A DNA stretch of 62,373 bases, counting the filler, from Choristocarpus tenellus KU-1152 (Eukaryota; Protista; Phaeophyceae): assembly GCA_964200185.2 (NCBI GenBank). It is 12 parts of 12 records of this genome, joined end to end, with 100 filler letters (N's around TTAATTAATTAA, not from the genome) between each part and the next. Parts side by side here need not be neighbours in the genome. Positions count along the whole stretch, not along the records: positions 33,736 to 43,570 come from CAXNAD020003346.1; positions 43,671 to 47,068 come from CAXNAD020020305.1; positions 47,169 to 58,525 come from CAXNAD020002372.1; 9 more parts are not named here. The stretch is one strand, 5' to 3'. Under the pieces are notes generated by a model that saw only the letters and a program-made list of their open reading frames with translations, did not search any database and was not told the DNA's origin. The translations under genes and the position numbers were made by a program. Shown piece after piece: positions 37,984-50,649 of this stretch (position 1 is its first letter; every line of letters begins with the position of its first letter).

Positions 37984-40900
37984 ATGAAGATAGCCACCTT
38001 GAACATCGCAACGTTCCTGGTGTACATGGACATGTGCAGAGGGCACTTGTTCTTGTTGGAACCTTTCAGTAGACAATACACAAAAACAGCGATTTTTGAA
38101 GGAAATTCAGGGTGAGCATTGTTTGACATTGCCCATTCGGTTTGTAGGTGTCTTCCTCGTACCCCACTGATCGTAGAGATATATCTTGGAATATTCTCCA
38201 TGTGCAACCCTCTCCCACTTTATCTGTTGTCCTTTGCTTATTCCTGTTCTTTACCCAGCTCTACGGAGTATTGCCCCCACTGCTTCCAGGCCAGAGGTGT
38301 AGCTGCCGTAAGAGAACGCGCTGAAAGGAACACCAACCCATTGTGGCTGGAATCCTACGGGGGAGGACAATGGCCCCTCAAGTACCTGTATGATGATGGA
38401 ATGATTGCCGAAAATGGCAACTACCTCGAGCCCCAAGAGATCTCTGTGAGACACGGTGTCTGTGGTGACCCGTCTCAGGTCAGACAGCTCTCCTCCCGGT
38501 TTCGACTCCACCATAGTTTTTTCGTTTTGTCCATTCCTAATTGTCTATCTGTCAAAGTCCATCATCTCTCGTCGAAAGCGTATACATCACAGGCTCGAGT
38601 TAGATGAAGTGAATCTAGCACTCTCACCATATCCAAGTAGTTACTCGTTAACGCAGTGAGCCATGGTATCATGAAGATGGAGCGCAGTCACAGAAACCCC
38701 TCTACTCAATTGCACCCCCCACTAGGATACTATGACTCAGTGCCTTGTTTCTTGATTGAACGTGTTCGGAATTACTCGTCGTGTTTTCACCATCACAGGG
38801 AGCGCCAGAAGGCGACAATCGCTACGGGATCGCGAACTCCAACTTTCAGGTCGTGGAAAACTACGCTGAAGGTTCTGTCATAGAGATCAAGACCATGACA
38901 AGCACCTATCACTGGGTGGGTTCTGTGTTGCCATTACTCTACAGTGTGGCGTGACCAGCGAGAGGAACTCATTCACTCCACACTAAACAGGACATTGCAA
39001 CAACTATATTTCACTGTGATAATGCATATATAGAGTATTTTCTACATGAAAGTGATGGACTGCTTGTATTTCGGTTGCAGTTACAGCAACATTTCAGACC
39101 ATGGACACCTCAGGTCTACTAAAAAGAGATGAAGGCGAAAAAAAAAAACTCCTTGCTCGATCCACAACCTTTCCCTATCATGCTCATCATCTCTGCCAGG
39201 GCCACCTAGAGTACTTCATCTGCAATGCCAAAGATCTTGATGATCCTGATGGGCCAGTGACACAGGAGTGTTTCAACAAGTATCCACTCTCTCGGTCTCT
39301 CGATGATGGGACTGCCAGCCCAATTGATCCTGCCCACTTAGGGCGCTACTTCCTCGACCCACCGTGTAGGGCCAGTGAGACAGACCAGACAGTGAGACCT
39401 GAGGGCGGCTTCTCGGGTCAGGTGTCCACAATGCGCTATGTGCTTCCTGCCGGGCTAACTTGTGAACGTTGCATCCTGCAGATGATCTACTGTGAGTCGC
39501 TTCAAGTACGGTAGACACAGGGATTGTAGGGAGTGAATGGTGGGCCAAGTAGTTTGATGTGTAGTGTGTCATTTGGAGTACCCGTTCTGTTCTAGTACTA
39601 TATAAGGTGCATGCATAGCCCCCCAGTATAACTCTTTTACTAGTGCACAAGTTGGAGTAAGCGCTAATTGGTTCATCCTTCCAGTCAGGGCCAAACTAAG
39701 CATGGTCATATGCATATTCTTCATTGTCACTTGCACTATCTCAGATACTGGCAACACCTGTCACCATCCTGGGTATAGGGAGTTCATGCCGACATCTGTT
39801 CCCACAGGGTGTGCTCCCACCAAGAATGATTGGATCAACCCATCCAATTTCGTAGACTGTGGAGATAACAATGCCTACCCAGAGGAATTCTGGAACTGCG
39901 CTGATATCTCAATTAGTAGTGGAGGTGGTGGCGAATCCACCCCCACTCCCAGCGGCCCAAGTCCCTCCCCAAGGACCATGGCCCCAACGCTAGTACCTAT
40001 GCCCACGGGAGTGTACCAAACAAAAGAGCCAACACCTGAGATTGGATATTGTGCTGAGCCCTATGAACAGGTTTGTGTTTGGATAAGAAAATAATGGTAA
40101 CAAGAAGATCGTTTGTCGGATGTTTTTCGTCTACTAGTCCTCTTGGACAGTACTGTACTCGTCTCGTTAGAGACACGTATAGACATTCCCCAGACTCACC
40201 TGTAGAACCTATCTGAGGAGAGACAAACCAATGAAAGGTAGCAGGTTTTGGATCCTTTTACATTCTAAGTCATTTCAAAAACTGTGCAATACACTCTGTT
40301 TCATTGGTTTAAGTGCACAGTAGTGTACTCAAAATTGGCACCCCCCCTTCCCACAGACAACATTACACCATGAATCAACGAAAGGCTCTTTCTGCAATTG
40401 TCCAAAATGACATATTTTTTCCCTTTCTTGGGATCCTTACAATGCCATCCTGCCTACCTCTCAATTGGTATACTTGGACTGTTACTGTTGTGCTTCTCCA
40501 TAATATTTACTATTGCAGCTCTTACTCCTCAACTCTATCACTTGGACCAATGATCAAACTGCTTGACTGAATCCTTGAACAGTGCGGGGGTGAGGGCTGG
40601 AACGGAACAACTTGCTGCACAGCAGATCATGAATGTGAACTCATGGCATCGTGCTACGCACAGGTTTGTATCAGAATTAAATGATTAGGGACACATGTCC
40701 ATCGGATCGTTTGAGTACAGGCTGCTTGATCCTTTAAACCCAACACCCCAGTAGGATCATTGAATTTCCATCCCATTCATCAGGTCTGCTGATATCTTCT
40801 TTTTTCACCCTCTGTACCCTCCTCTCTGCCAGTGCCGTCCAGTACAGCTGGTGGAAAATTATAACTGCAAGGAGAAATGGCAGCAATGCGGGGGTGTTTA

Positions 40901-41579
40901 CTACGAGGGATACACATGCTGCAAGGAAGGCTCTAGCTGTGTGATACAGGTGGGCTCCTGAAGAAAGTTCTTCGGGTTCATCTCAATGTGATCATTTTTG
41001 TCAGCACCTTGTGCAGATGATACAGGCAGGGACAAAGAGCTATGTTTGTACCACATGTATTTTTCATATCCACTGATATTAATTCCAGTACAAGAAAACA
41101 TCATAACACAGTAACAGAGTCTGTATTGCTTTCCACAAGATTATTTCTATACAGCAACCAGTGTATTTTATACTTGAGGAGAAGAAAACAGCCTTCCTGT
41201 ATACGATAGTTGGTGGATTATATTTGAAAACAAAATTATTATGTCGTGCAGTAAATAATTGTTCAACAGTAGTGCTCGCAGAATTGTAAAATTCATGCTT
41301 AGTGGTGTCATCAACTATCTGGAACTGTGCATGTTTGGAGCCTCTACATCATGCTAAACTTTTCATCACCTCGACATATCCAGTCAGTTTTCGTATTTTG
41401 TCAATCAATTCACAAATTCTACATATTATATACTGCCATAGTCTAGAGTATGCGGGATAGTTGTTTGGGCTGCCACTGTAATTTTTTGTTGGTTATGGTT
41501 TATCCTCTCAAGACTCGTCCTCTCCCCTTTACTGCAACTATCTCTTTCGCAGAATGAATGGTATTCCCAGTGCAAGTAA
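37984..41579 (+). CDS. Secreted lytic polysaccharide monooxygenase (AA15-like) + P/T/S linker + two CBM1 modules, complete, 435 aa
   Basis: Exons 37984-38111, 38259-38478, 38799-38915, 39200-39491, 39745-40070, 40583-40663, 40833-40949 and 41553-41579 total 1308 nt in frame. A 20-aa leader ends CRG, then H1 (HLFLLEPFSR); GVCGDP; second His in TYHWGHLEYFIC; RYVLPAGLTCERCILQ; YTGNTC; PEEFWNCADISI. CBM1s: CAEPYEQCGGEGWNGTTCC...CYAQC and WQQCGGVYYEGYTCC...NEWYSQCK*. Confidence 0.93.
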
Positions 41580-41779
41580 ATTGGTGTATATGGCAGCTCT
41601 GCTGAGAACCACATATGAGATAAGTACTGGTTCCCTGCATACCTCCTCCTTAGTTTTTAGGCAGAAAAAGACGTTTCATCACCCGCATTGGCCTTGTTTG
41701 GGTTGCATTTATATTAGTATATATAATTTTTGGCCAGCGGGCGTTTTTCCAGGGCTTAGTAATTTTCTGCACCTTGTTC

Positions 41780-42175
41780 TAAAGTGCTACGAGACCCTAA
41801 AAAGACAAAGTAGCGCACCCTCTTGTGATCTTATTAGTACCAGTGGCTCTGATGGAGCTACATAGTGCTATGTATCACCTCGTAAATCTCATAGTGCTTC
41901 TAGAGCTTCAAAAACTACATAGTGCTACATGTTACTTTATAGTGTTACTGAAATTGTCATTGTCACACATGGTGCTCTACATTTCATATGTGTTTGAACC
42001 TATGCAACCATAGTACTCCTGGAGCAATATTGTGCTCCGTGTCACCTTGTGCGTGCTAGCTCCATGCTGTGCTATATATCGCCTTCAGAGGCAATTTTGG
42101 TCCTAGTGTTACTTAGTGCTATGGATTGCCTTACAGTTGGTCCTAGCACTCGGCACTATGTAGCACTACATGCAG
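41780..42175. repeat. Cluster of short (CATA)GTGCT(A) motifs with inverted copies at the right end
   Basis: About ten variants at irregular spacing, then tagcactcggcactatgtagcactac in the opposite orientation. Confidence 0.5.
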
Positions 42176-42764
42176 CGCTGTAGCAGTCCAAGCAATCCTA
42201 GGGTTACGTGCATGACATGACAGAGAGCATCAGGTGAATCTTTTGTAATTTGAACTTCTACAGTAGGTTCAGAGTGCCAGAAGTATGGTAGGGATAAGTA
42301 GAACAAAGAACAAGTAGACGCCAGTGTGTAAGGGGAGCAAGTTAAGAGAATTGGGGTAGAATTGGTGCGGTGTGCCAGTCGATTAGAGACCGTAGAGTCC
42401 ATAGTAGTAAATCGTATTAACATACCAAGTGGTATGGACCAGACAACACACAATGGAGGAGCACGAGTCTTCTAAAGCCTGCAGAAGTCGCACAGACAGA
42501 CGGAACAAAGTGCACATCTTCTACAAATATTGCATGATGAGCAGCAAGCATGTACTCTATAGAACAATTTGCTTAACGTAGATGTTTAATATACCACATT
42601 AACTGTTACATGAAAGAGACCACAAGCAAAAACTGACGCATGCACATATGACGCTTCAATGAGTTGAACGTAAGTTTCCCCACACACCTTTTGACACCCT
42701 GGGACACTCCAACACAGGGAACTGAAACAAGCATATTAGGACTATTAGCAGAGTATCGGAGGCC

Positions 42765-42886
42765 ATGGTGCTCAGCTTAGTCATAGACTCTACAGGTAGT
42801 ATTTTTTTAAGGTCAGGTCTCACGATATGGTGCCCAGCTTAGTCATACTCTACTAGTAGTATTTTTTCAAGGTCAGGTCTCACGAC
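42765..42886. repeat. Two-copy tandem duplication of about 60 bp
   Basis: atggtgc(t/c)cagcttagtcata...aaggtcaggtctcacga occurs twice. Confidence 0.85.
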
Positions 42887-43670
42887 ATACACATAATACA
42901 CAATAAGGAACACTAGCTGTTCCTGACGTAGGGGGTGTAAGTCAACCACTCTCCCCCAAACCCATATACGCATTATACTTAGGTTCTGTACAATACCTGT
43001 ACGAGAACAGACAGGAATTCACATTGCACATACAAAATACATGGTTTGTCGAAATGCTCGAACTGGTGCTAATATGATGACTGGTCTTGCAACTCACCTT
43101 TCTCCACAGAGTTTCACATTCTCAATTAGTTAGGAGCTCTCTAGTTACTACCTACTTGTTCGATTTCTGTCTATAATCTATCGTATTTCTCATAATCAGT
43201 TCTTCAATTTCATACGACTGTTCCTTTGTCACATCTTGCTGTGTATGCAGTTGTGTCCAAATTCTCCATATTTTTTGTATATACATATTAACCACATGGG
43301 GAATTCGAGAACAGAAATACTATTACAATTAGTCTTACAGATTTCATTTTGTTTTGCTGACGAATTCTGGATTATTATTATTATTTTGCACATTCCTATT
43401 TTCTTATTCCTCTATCCTCTATTCCCCACTTGATGACCAACCAGTGCGAATGCTCTTCGTCACTGGTTGCCAGCCATCCTTTCAAACACAAGTTCCCACT
43501 CCCCTCAATCCCACAGCAGTTCTCACACCACTCAATATCACTCCACGATCATCCAAGAAGACATCTACCCNNNNNNNNNNNNNNNNNNNNNNNNNNNNNN
43601 NNNNNNNNNNNNNNTTAATTAATTAANNNNNNNNNNNNNNNNNNNNNNNNNNNNNNNNNNNNNNNNNNNN

Positions 43671-46290
43671 GGACTTGCATGCCCCACCTAAATTTAATCG
43701 ATCACTCTACAGATACCAAGCAATATCGCCGGATTTATCACCTTTACCCTCTTTGATGATTTTTGGGATACTTTAACATTATGCCAGACTTATCCCGGTT
43801 GATTGCCACCCCAGCTAACTTGTCTGGGGTCTCGAGGTCCGGTCCTTTGTACTTGCTAAGCAGATTGTTCTTCATCCTCTTTATTTCTTTGTCGAGGTCT
43901 CCAGTTAACGAGATGTCATCCACATAGAGTGAAAGAGGACAGCGATCTTACCATCTCCACTCTTCTTCACAAATAGACAGGCGTCGAAGTCGCTAACACT
44001 CCACCCCTCAGCTAAGATTGTTCCCCTTAGCTCCTTGTATCACTCCATTGCTGATTGCTTAAGGCCATCGATGGCCCTGGAAGCTTTTACGATGGGTCCA
44101 TTGAGCAGCTGTAGCCATACATCCTCAGGGAGTGGTGCGTTCAGGTAGGCTTGAGTGAGTCTAGGGAGTTGATGATGACCCAGTTTTTGTTGGCTGCTGT
44201 AGCTAGGGCTACCCGAATCACATTAAATCCCACCACTGGACTGAATGTGCTGAGGTAGTCCACCCCTTCTTGCTGGTAAAAACTCCGTGCCACCAGCCTG
44301 GTCTTGAACCTTTCCATGCCTCATTGGCTGTCCATTTGATCTTGAATATAGACCTGGTCTTGACAGGTCTCCTCCCTGATGGCAGGTTCTCGCTTTGATG
44401 GAAGATTTCTTTGCTTCATTGGCCCTCCATTTCTTGCTCCATTGCCTCCTTCTAGTGTTCTGCATCAGGCCCTGCAAGGGCTTCTGCGATGGTTGATGGC
44501 TCCTGGTGGCCTATCGAGATGTCACCTGCAATGCTCATCAAACAGTAGGTGTTATCTGTGCTTGCTCTGAGTAGATTCACTATGTTCTCTTCCAGTTCTT
44601 GGGTATCTCCAGAGTGTAGACCCCTGTAGTCCCCCCTCGGTTGTTCAGCTATCCTGGCTGACCTCCGTTGATCATTAGGTGAACTTGTTGAGTTCTTGCT
44701 TGAGACTGTTATAGTCACAGTATTGGATCGACTGCAATATCGAAATCCCGATCAGAGTCGTCTTCAGTATCGGAAGTATCTTCATCGTCGGTCAAAGTCA
44801 TGGTCTCTCTCTCCCCCACGAAGCCCATGATATGTTCGTCTGGCTTGAACGTCACTTGGGCTGAGGTCACCAACTTGGCCTCTTGTGGAAGCCAGTTGTG
44901 CCAATACAGTGATGTACGATTGTGTCCCATGATGATACCCCGCTTGGCAAATGGGTGAAACTTTGAACCAGCTCCCCTCTGCTGCTTGTCCTGGTGAACA
45001 TAGCATTCGCTCCCCCAGGCCTAAAGCCTATCATAATTGAAGGATTTACCTGTTAGACGCTCGCATGGTGTCTCTCCTCCGAGGTATTCATGTTGCATGC
45101 CTCCAGTTTTGAATGCGACGTCCGGGATGGCAAAGAACCAGTACTTGTCGCCCAGCCCATCCCTTACTAGTTGACTTCTTGCTGCCCCCATGAGTTGCTT
45201 TATCGCTCTTTCGGCGATCCCGTTGCTCTGTAGTGTTCTCGGTGGAGATTTCCTTCATCGGCTACCGTTGTTCACCAGCATCCTTTGGAACTTCACTGAT
45301 CTCCCAAGCTTGCCAGCACCATCCCCACTGATGCATTGGACTTGTATACCTTCCCTGGCCATCTGGTTGATATAGGCAGTGGTTGTGTTCGTCGCTGCGT
45401 TTTTGGTTTTCAATCCGTAAACCCTCTCGTCTCAACTGCTCTCATTGACAAATACCTGAAAATATTTGTGACCAATGATGTCGGGATGAAAGGGTCCGCC
45501 AAATCTGTGTGGACAACCTCGCCAGGCTGCTTGGGGGTCCTGCCACCCCGTTGATAGCTAAGAGCCTCAGATTTGCATTCCTTGCAAATCTCATACTGCA
45601 GTTCCGACACCACTGTAGCGTCGGTGATCTCCAAAAGTCTACGCTTCTCAAGATGCTTGATTGCTGATGGGTTGATGTGACCCAAAATGTTGTGGTAGTA
45701 TATTAATTGCGCGAACACATGTGGCATGGCTTCCTTGATCCCAAGCAGTATAGATGCCCTCTTCATGTTTTCGGATTTAATCTCCTTGAGCTCCTTGAAG
45801 TCCGAAAATAGTTGCTCGAGTTTAACGACAAAATCGGTGCTGTCCTGAGACGCCGTGCACGATAGTTCTCGGAGTCTTGCCTCCAAAGTGATGAGCTGCA
45901 CAGGGATCTCGTCCTCCGTGCTTCCTCCGTATCAACTCTTTCTAGCTCTATCCAGGCCCCTCTGCCTTCTGGTTGACCCTCGTTTTCGTATCTTGCAATG
46001 ATGACTGATGCTAACCCCTTTGTCGCTTGGACAAGGAGGAACCATAACGCCTTGTTGTTCTTGATATACGTGGCATGTGCCGTTTGCACTGCCTCTCTGA
46101 GATGGTGATGGATGTTTCAGGAATCTCGTAGTCCCTCGTCGTAATCTCATAAAAACCCTTTCCACCAGCATGGCCTATCAAGGACGGTCTCCAAGTGGAC
46201 CAGGCCTCCAGTGACCTTCCTGTGGCCCCTGTCCAGACAGCAAGTTTCTTCAGGTTGGTCTCCATACTACTAAGGGTCATAACCTGTGCA
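43671..46290 (-). mobile_element. Decayed Ty1/Copia LTR retrotransposon (gag, pre-integrase, integrase, RT); the 5' LTR extends rightward from 46285
   Basis: gag NKALWFLLVQATKGLA..GRGAWIEL; HNILGHIN..ICKECK; GEVVHTDLADPF; EPSTIAEALAGPDAEH; RT AYLNAPLPEDVW and LYVDDI. Copia domain order, many frameshifts and stops. Confidence 0.9.
46274..46284 (-). promoter_or_regulatory. Copia primer-binding site GGTTATGACCC immediately after the LTR-terminal CA
   Basis: Minus strand reads tgcaCA-GGTTATGACCC just before gag; similar to the GGTTATGGGCCC half-tRNAiMet PBS. Confidence 0.65.
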
Positions 46291-48056
46291 ATTTACCTTG
46301 GAAGGTATTGCTATTTATCAGGAGTGAAGATAAGAAGGTGTGGAGCCTCACACGACCCCCTTTGCTGAACGTGAAAAGAAAGGATGGATGAAATTAGAAG
46401 AGTGACCTTTGTGGGGTGTCTTCCATTGTTTGTTTCTTTATAATTATTTGTGTCAGAACAGTTTAAATATAATACTGATAATTCAGATGTACTATCTCTT
46501 AGTGACATCACTTGGACTCAATTCAACGCAATAGTCTCACATGCACAAAATAAGGTACACTCACTATTGTCCTATTTTTCACACCCATATCATCCATCCA
46601 CCTCTTTATGGTGCTCGTGTTATAATTCAGTCCCTTGGCGGCCATCTTCATGTCACCTGAGGCAATGTGGATGACCGATTGTCGGAGTTGATACTATGTA
46701 TTGCGGTCATCTTGGTCAGTGTGAGCTCCAAAGGCCGCCTACCACGTGCCGCCACCCCTAGGTCAAGCGTGTGGTCACAAGTGAGCTGATCGGCAATGTC
46801 CTCCCCGAGCCCTCACATTTAATGCTTGGATACTCCAAACTCCACTGCAAGGGCCGGGCCAACGTGTTGCGGCAATTTCTGCTTACCATCACGAGGGCAT
46901 GCTGCACTGCAAGCGCAACCCTGGTATTCAGGGACACTTGGACACCCTTCCTATGCGGGGGAGTCGACAGGGGGGTTGCCATGTGCCGACATTCTGATCC
47001 TTGATGTGCCAGTTCTGACCTCAAAATCACCCCAAAAGGCCCCTACTTTGACGGCTTGAAGCACCTCGNNNNNNNNNNNNNNNNNNNNNNNNNNNNNNNN
47101 NNNNNNNNNNNNTTAATTAATTAANNNNNNNNNNNNNNNNNNNNNNNNNNNNNNNNNNNNNNNNNNNNTTTTTCTTTTTTGTGTAATACTTCTACTTTTT
47201 CTTTTTTTCAATTATATCCCCCCCCCCCCCCCTTGGACGTAGTACAGTGTTTTTTTATAAAATGACACAGGAATGGTAATGGTAATTGACTCTCCTTCCC
47301 AGCGTCTCCCACAAGAGAGAGTGCTTATGTCCCCATCCCAATCCTCGCTATTGTACACCCTGTGAAGAATGGGACTCGCCGTTGAGTATGTGAGAGGAAG
47401 AAGCAGAGATTTCTTTTTGGGCTCATATCCACCTCACTCCTGTTTGGAGACACATGTTGGAAATATAGAAAGGTTTTGCTGGAAATCTATTGCTAAATGC
47501 TCAGTTGGAAATGTAGAAAGAAGAAGAGAAGGCAAATTGCCCTAGTAGTCACTCTTGAGGAAGTTTGGGATATGGCTTGATTCTGAGTTTCTACTCTTCT
47601 AGGTATGACACCATGGTGGGTGGTCTTCTCCTCATGACTGCTGTCACTCTTGGACACACCCACACACACATGTTGTATAGTTACATATTTGTACTCAAAT
47701 TCTTACATAATTTTTCTCTATACTTAAACTTGGGGGGTGCTTTAATTATGGTGGCTTTACTATCATCGGAGGGAGTATTGAATCCAATTTAAATTTTGTG
47801 GAGTGGGAAGCACTGATAACAGTGTATGGGAAGTGATGATATGTTTCCGCCAACCACAGGTTCTTTTGGTGTTGCTTGTTTGTCCATCCTTCCAGCTCCT
47901 GCTGGAAATCTGTGAACCTAATCGGATTGCCTACTTTATACTTCAAAATTTTGTTTTTTGCTTTTTTTTTGTATTTAATTGATACTGATAGCAACGTGTG
48001 GACAATCATTGGAGCGACATTCTGTCCCACCCCCCTTCCTGAATGACTTAAAACAG

Positions 48057-50649
48057 CTTCTACGCTGTGGTTGGCAACTGGCTGAAGCTCTGAGGCACCT
48101 CCATGAGGAGGCTATCCCAGGTAGAATGGTAGTGCATCGTGATCTCAAGCCAGACAATATTGGGTTCACCAAGGAGGCAAGTTTGATGTCCAGATGCGTA
48201 TGGGGTAGTAATAATACATTTACCTCAATTCCTAAGAAACAACAAACCAACCAAAGATGTATCCATCCTTCCACCAATCCAGGTATCTTCTATTGTGTTG
48301 CGTGTATATCCCCTGTGTTGTTGTACAACCCTACTTTAGTTGGCTGAGAAGAATTGTGTGGTATTAATGGTAATATTGGTGATTTTTGATTGGTTAATTG
48401 GTGCACTCCTTCCCTTATTGAATAAAGGTATAGTTCATTGTATGTTTGAAGGTGTTCTATGATACTTGAAAGAAATAAGGTGAATCCAAAGGTGTGTTTA
48501 GTTCAAAAATATAGTGAAAATAAAACCGTCCCAAAAGAAGCACTGCATTCAAGGAATAATTACCATCTTACCAGACTGGAAATATCACCACCCCCTGTCC
48601 TGGTCTCAACAAAGCTGAACCAATCCAAGGCTTTACTTCATGCCTGGTTCATGTTGAAGGGTATGCTGGTTGTGACAGTTTTCACAATCTTGTTTTAATT
48701 TTCAGTTATTGACTCGAGTGTCTACAAGACACATCCTATCTTACACATACTATTGATAATTTACTCCCAAATGTACCCCACTATTTACTTGAAAAAATGT
48801 GTAGTATACTAGACCACCAGCTGTGAAATGGCAATCCAATTGTAGATATGATCTTTCCCACCCTTGTTGTGCTGTTGCTCTCTTCGCCTTTTTATTGTTT
48901 GTGTCACTTGCCCTGCTCCTTGGTTGGACACATACTTTGTGTCTATTCAGGGGGACATTAAGCTCTTGGACCTGGGTCTGAGTAAGCTTGTTTACAAGAA
49001 AGAAACGGATAATGCCACCTATACCATGACAGGGGAGACTGGGAGTGTGCGATACATGGCTCCTGAGGTGATCAAACCCTCCCTTGTCTCTTCTGGCATT
49101 GAAATGCTTGGTAAAGAATGTCCTGTGAGGGAGCCATTGACAGTAAAATATAATCAATCACCCTTGACATTTTTCGTGCTGTTTTGCTTCAAGGTGATCC
49201 TGCCTTCCAAGATTGAGTAGGGTATGGCATGGCACAGGGCAAATGCCTTCTTTTGAATTGGTACATGTCTTCAGAGACATAAAGAGACCATACTCTAGAG
49301 CTACATTGGTGCGATGTTATCATGTTCCCATCCCCTGATACACTTCTGTTCTGGTACAAATATACACCACACTGTGTTAATATTAGTATTAGTATTAATA
49401 TTAGTATTAGTATTAGTATTAGTATTAGTATTAGTATTTGTACTGTACATGTTGAGGAGAACCTATTTTACTCCCCAATCTGTGTTTGACCAAGGTGGCT
49501 GAGTCTCGCCCGTACAATGAGAAAGCAGACGTGTACTCTTACGGAATGGTTTTGTGGGAGATGGCTACACTGCAAAAACCGTTTGAAGGGATGGGTCGTG
49601 ATGAGTTCTACTACAGGGTTGTTCGTGGGTCAACACGTCCACACATCAGCAAGAAGTGGCCTAGCACGTTGTCTGCTCTGATGCAGGTATGGTGTTTGTG
49701 GGCGGTGTGGTTGCTTAGTAGTTTCAGAGGTATGTGAAAGATGGTCTCTGTTGCTTTCTTGGTGTTTGGGTGAGTTTAGGTAGTCCATGGTGTCATTGAC
49801 CGTGTTTTTTGTGTTTTACAATGTGAATTGGAGACTACTTTTATTGCTTGAGTTTAGTAAGGGTTCAGCCTCTGATGGCCTGTTTGTTGCCTGATGCTAC
49901 TTGCTGTACAAGCCTATTATAGTGCACTCTGATGGTACCTTATTTTGGCACAATCTTCAATGCTTTGTCACGTTTTGGCAGTCTTTGTATAGTCTCGAGT
50001 TGGCAGGGTTTTTTTTTTGTATTAGTACAAATTTTGCATGGAAGGGATGAGGACCATAATTTCTTGTTTGTACATCCACTCTTTAGTATTGATGCCAACC
50101 TTAATATGTGCCATGTTATATTGATAGTTATTAGTCAGTAAGGCCAAGATCACCTCTACCACACTATAATTTATATTGTCCTGTATTAAATTATGCTACC
50201 GCTAGTATGGTGCAAGTGGCTCAAAAACCTTCCACTACTATGCCTTCTGTGATGACATGTCTATGATGCATATGATCAACACCAATGCTCACACATGTTT
50301 ACCTAGACCCCCCCCACATCCTCCTGGAAAAGTTATTTTTGGTGTCCTGCTTTTGATACCATTCTTGTGAAATTGTACCTTCTGCATGTCACATGCTTTT
50401 TATGTGCTGCACTGCTCTAAGAGGAAGTTATGGCTACTCAATGCTCATAATTCTATGTGCTGGGTTGAAATAGATATTGGGATCAAAGTGGAGCTTGTAC
50501 TATATACAGCATCGTCCATTCATTTAACTTCCATGTAAAAACTTTTACAGGAATGTTGGGCAGAGGACTTCAGCAAGCGACCATCCTTTGCTGAAGTCAG
50601 CAACCGGCTACAGGTTATGATTCAGGCAGGCATCGATGATGAGATGTGA
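48057..50649 (+). CDS. TKL-type protein kinase, last four exons; first visible intron is GC-AG
   Basis: Phase-0 exons 48057-48176, 48951-49067, 49495-49686 and 50551-50649: VVHRDLKPDNIGF / IKLLDLGLSK..MTGETGSVRYMAPE / PYNEKADVYSYGMVLWEM / ECWAEDFSKRPSF..*. Confidence 0.92.
49378..49437. repeat. (TTAGTA)n microsatellite, intronic
   Basis: About 10 copies seen directly. Confidence 0.9.

Noticed and set aside
37984-41579. LPMO as part of an endogenous phaeovirus
   Set aside because: Seven spliceosomal introns, no neighbouring viral core genes and low gene density.
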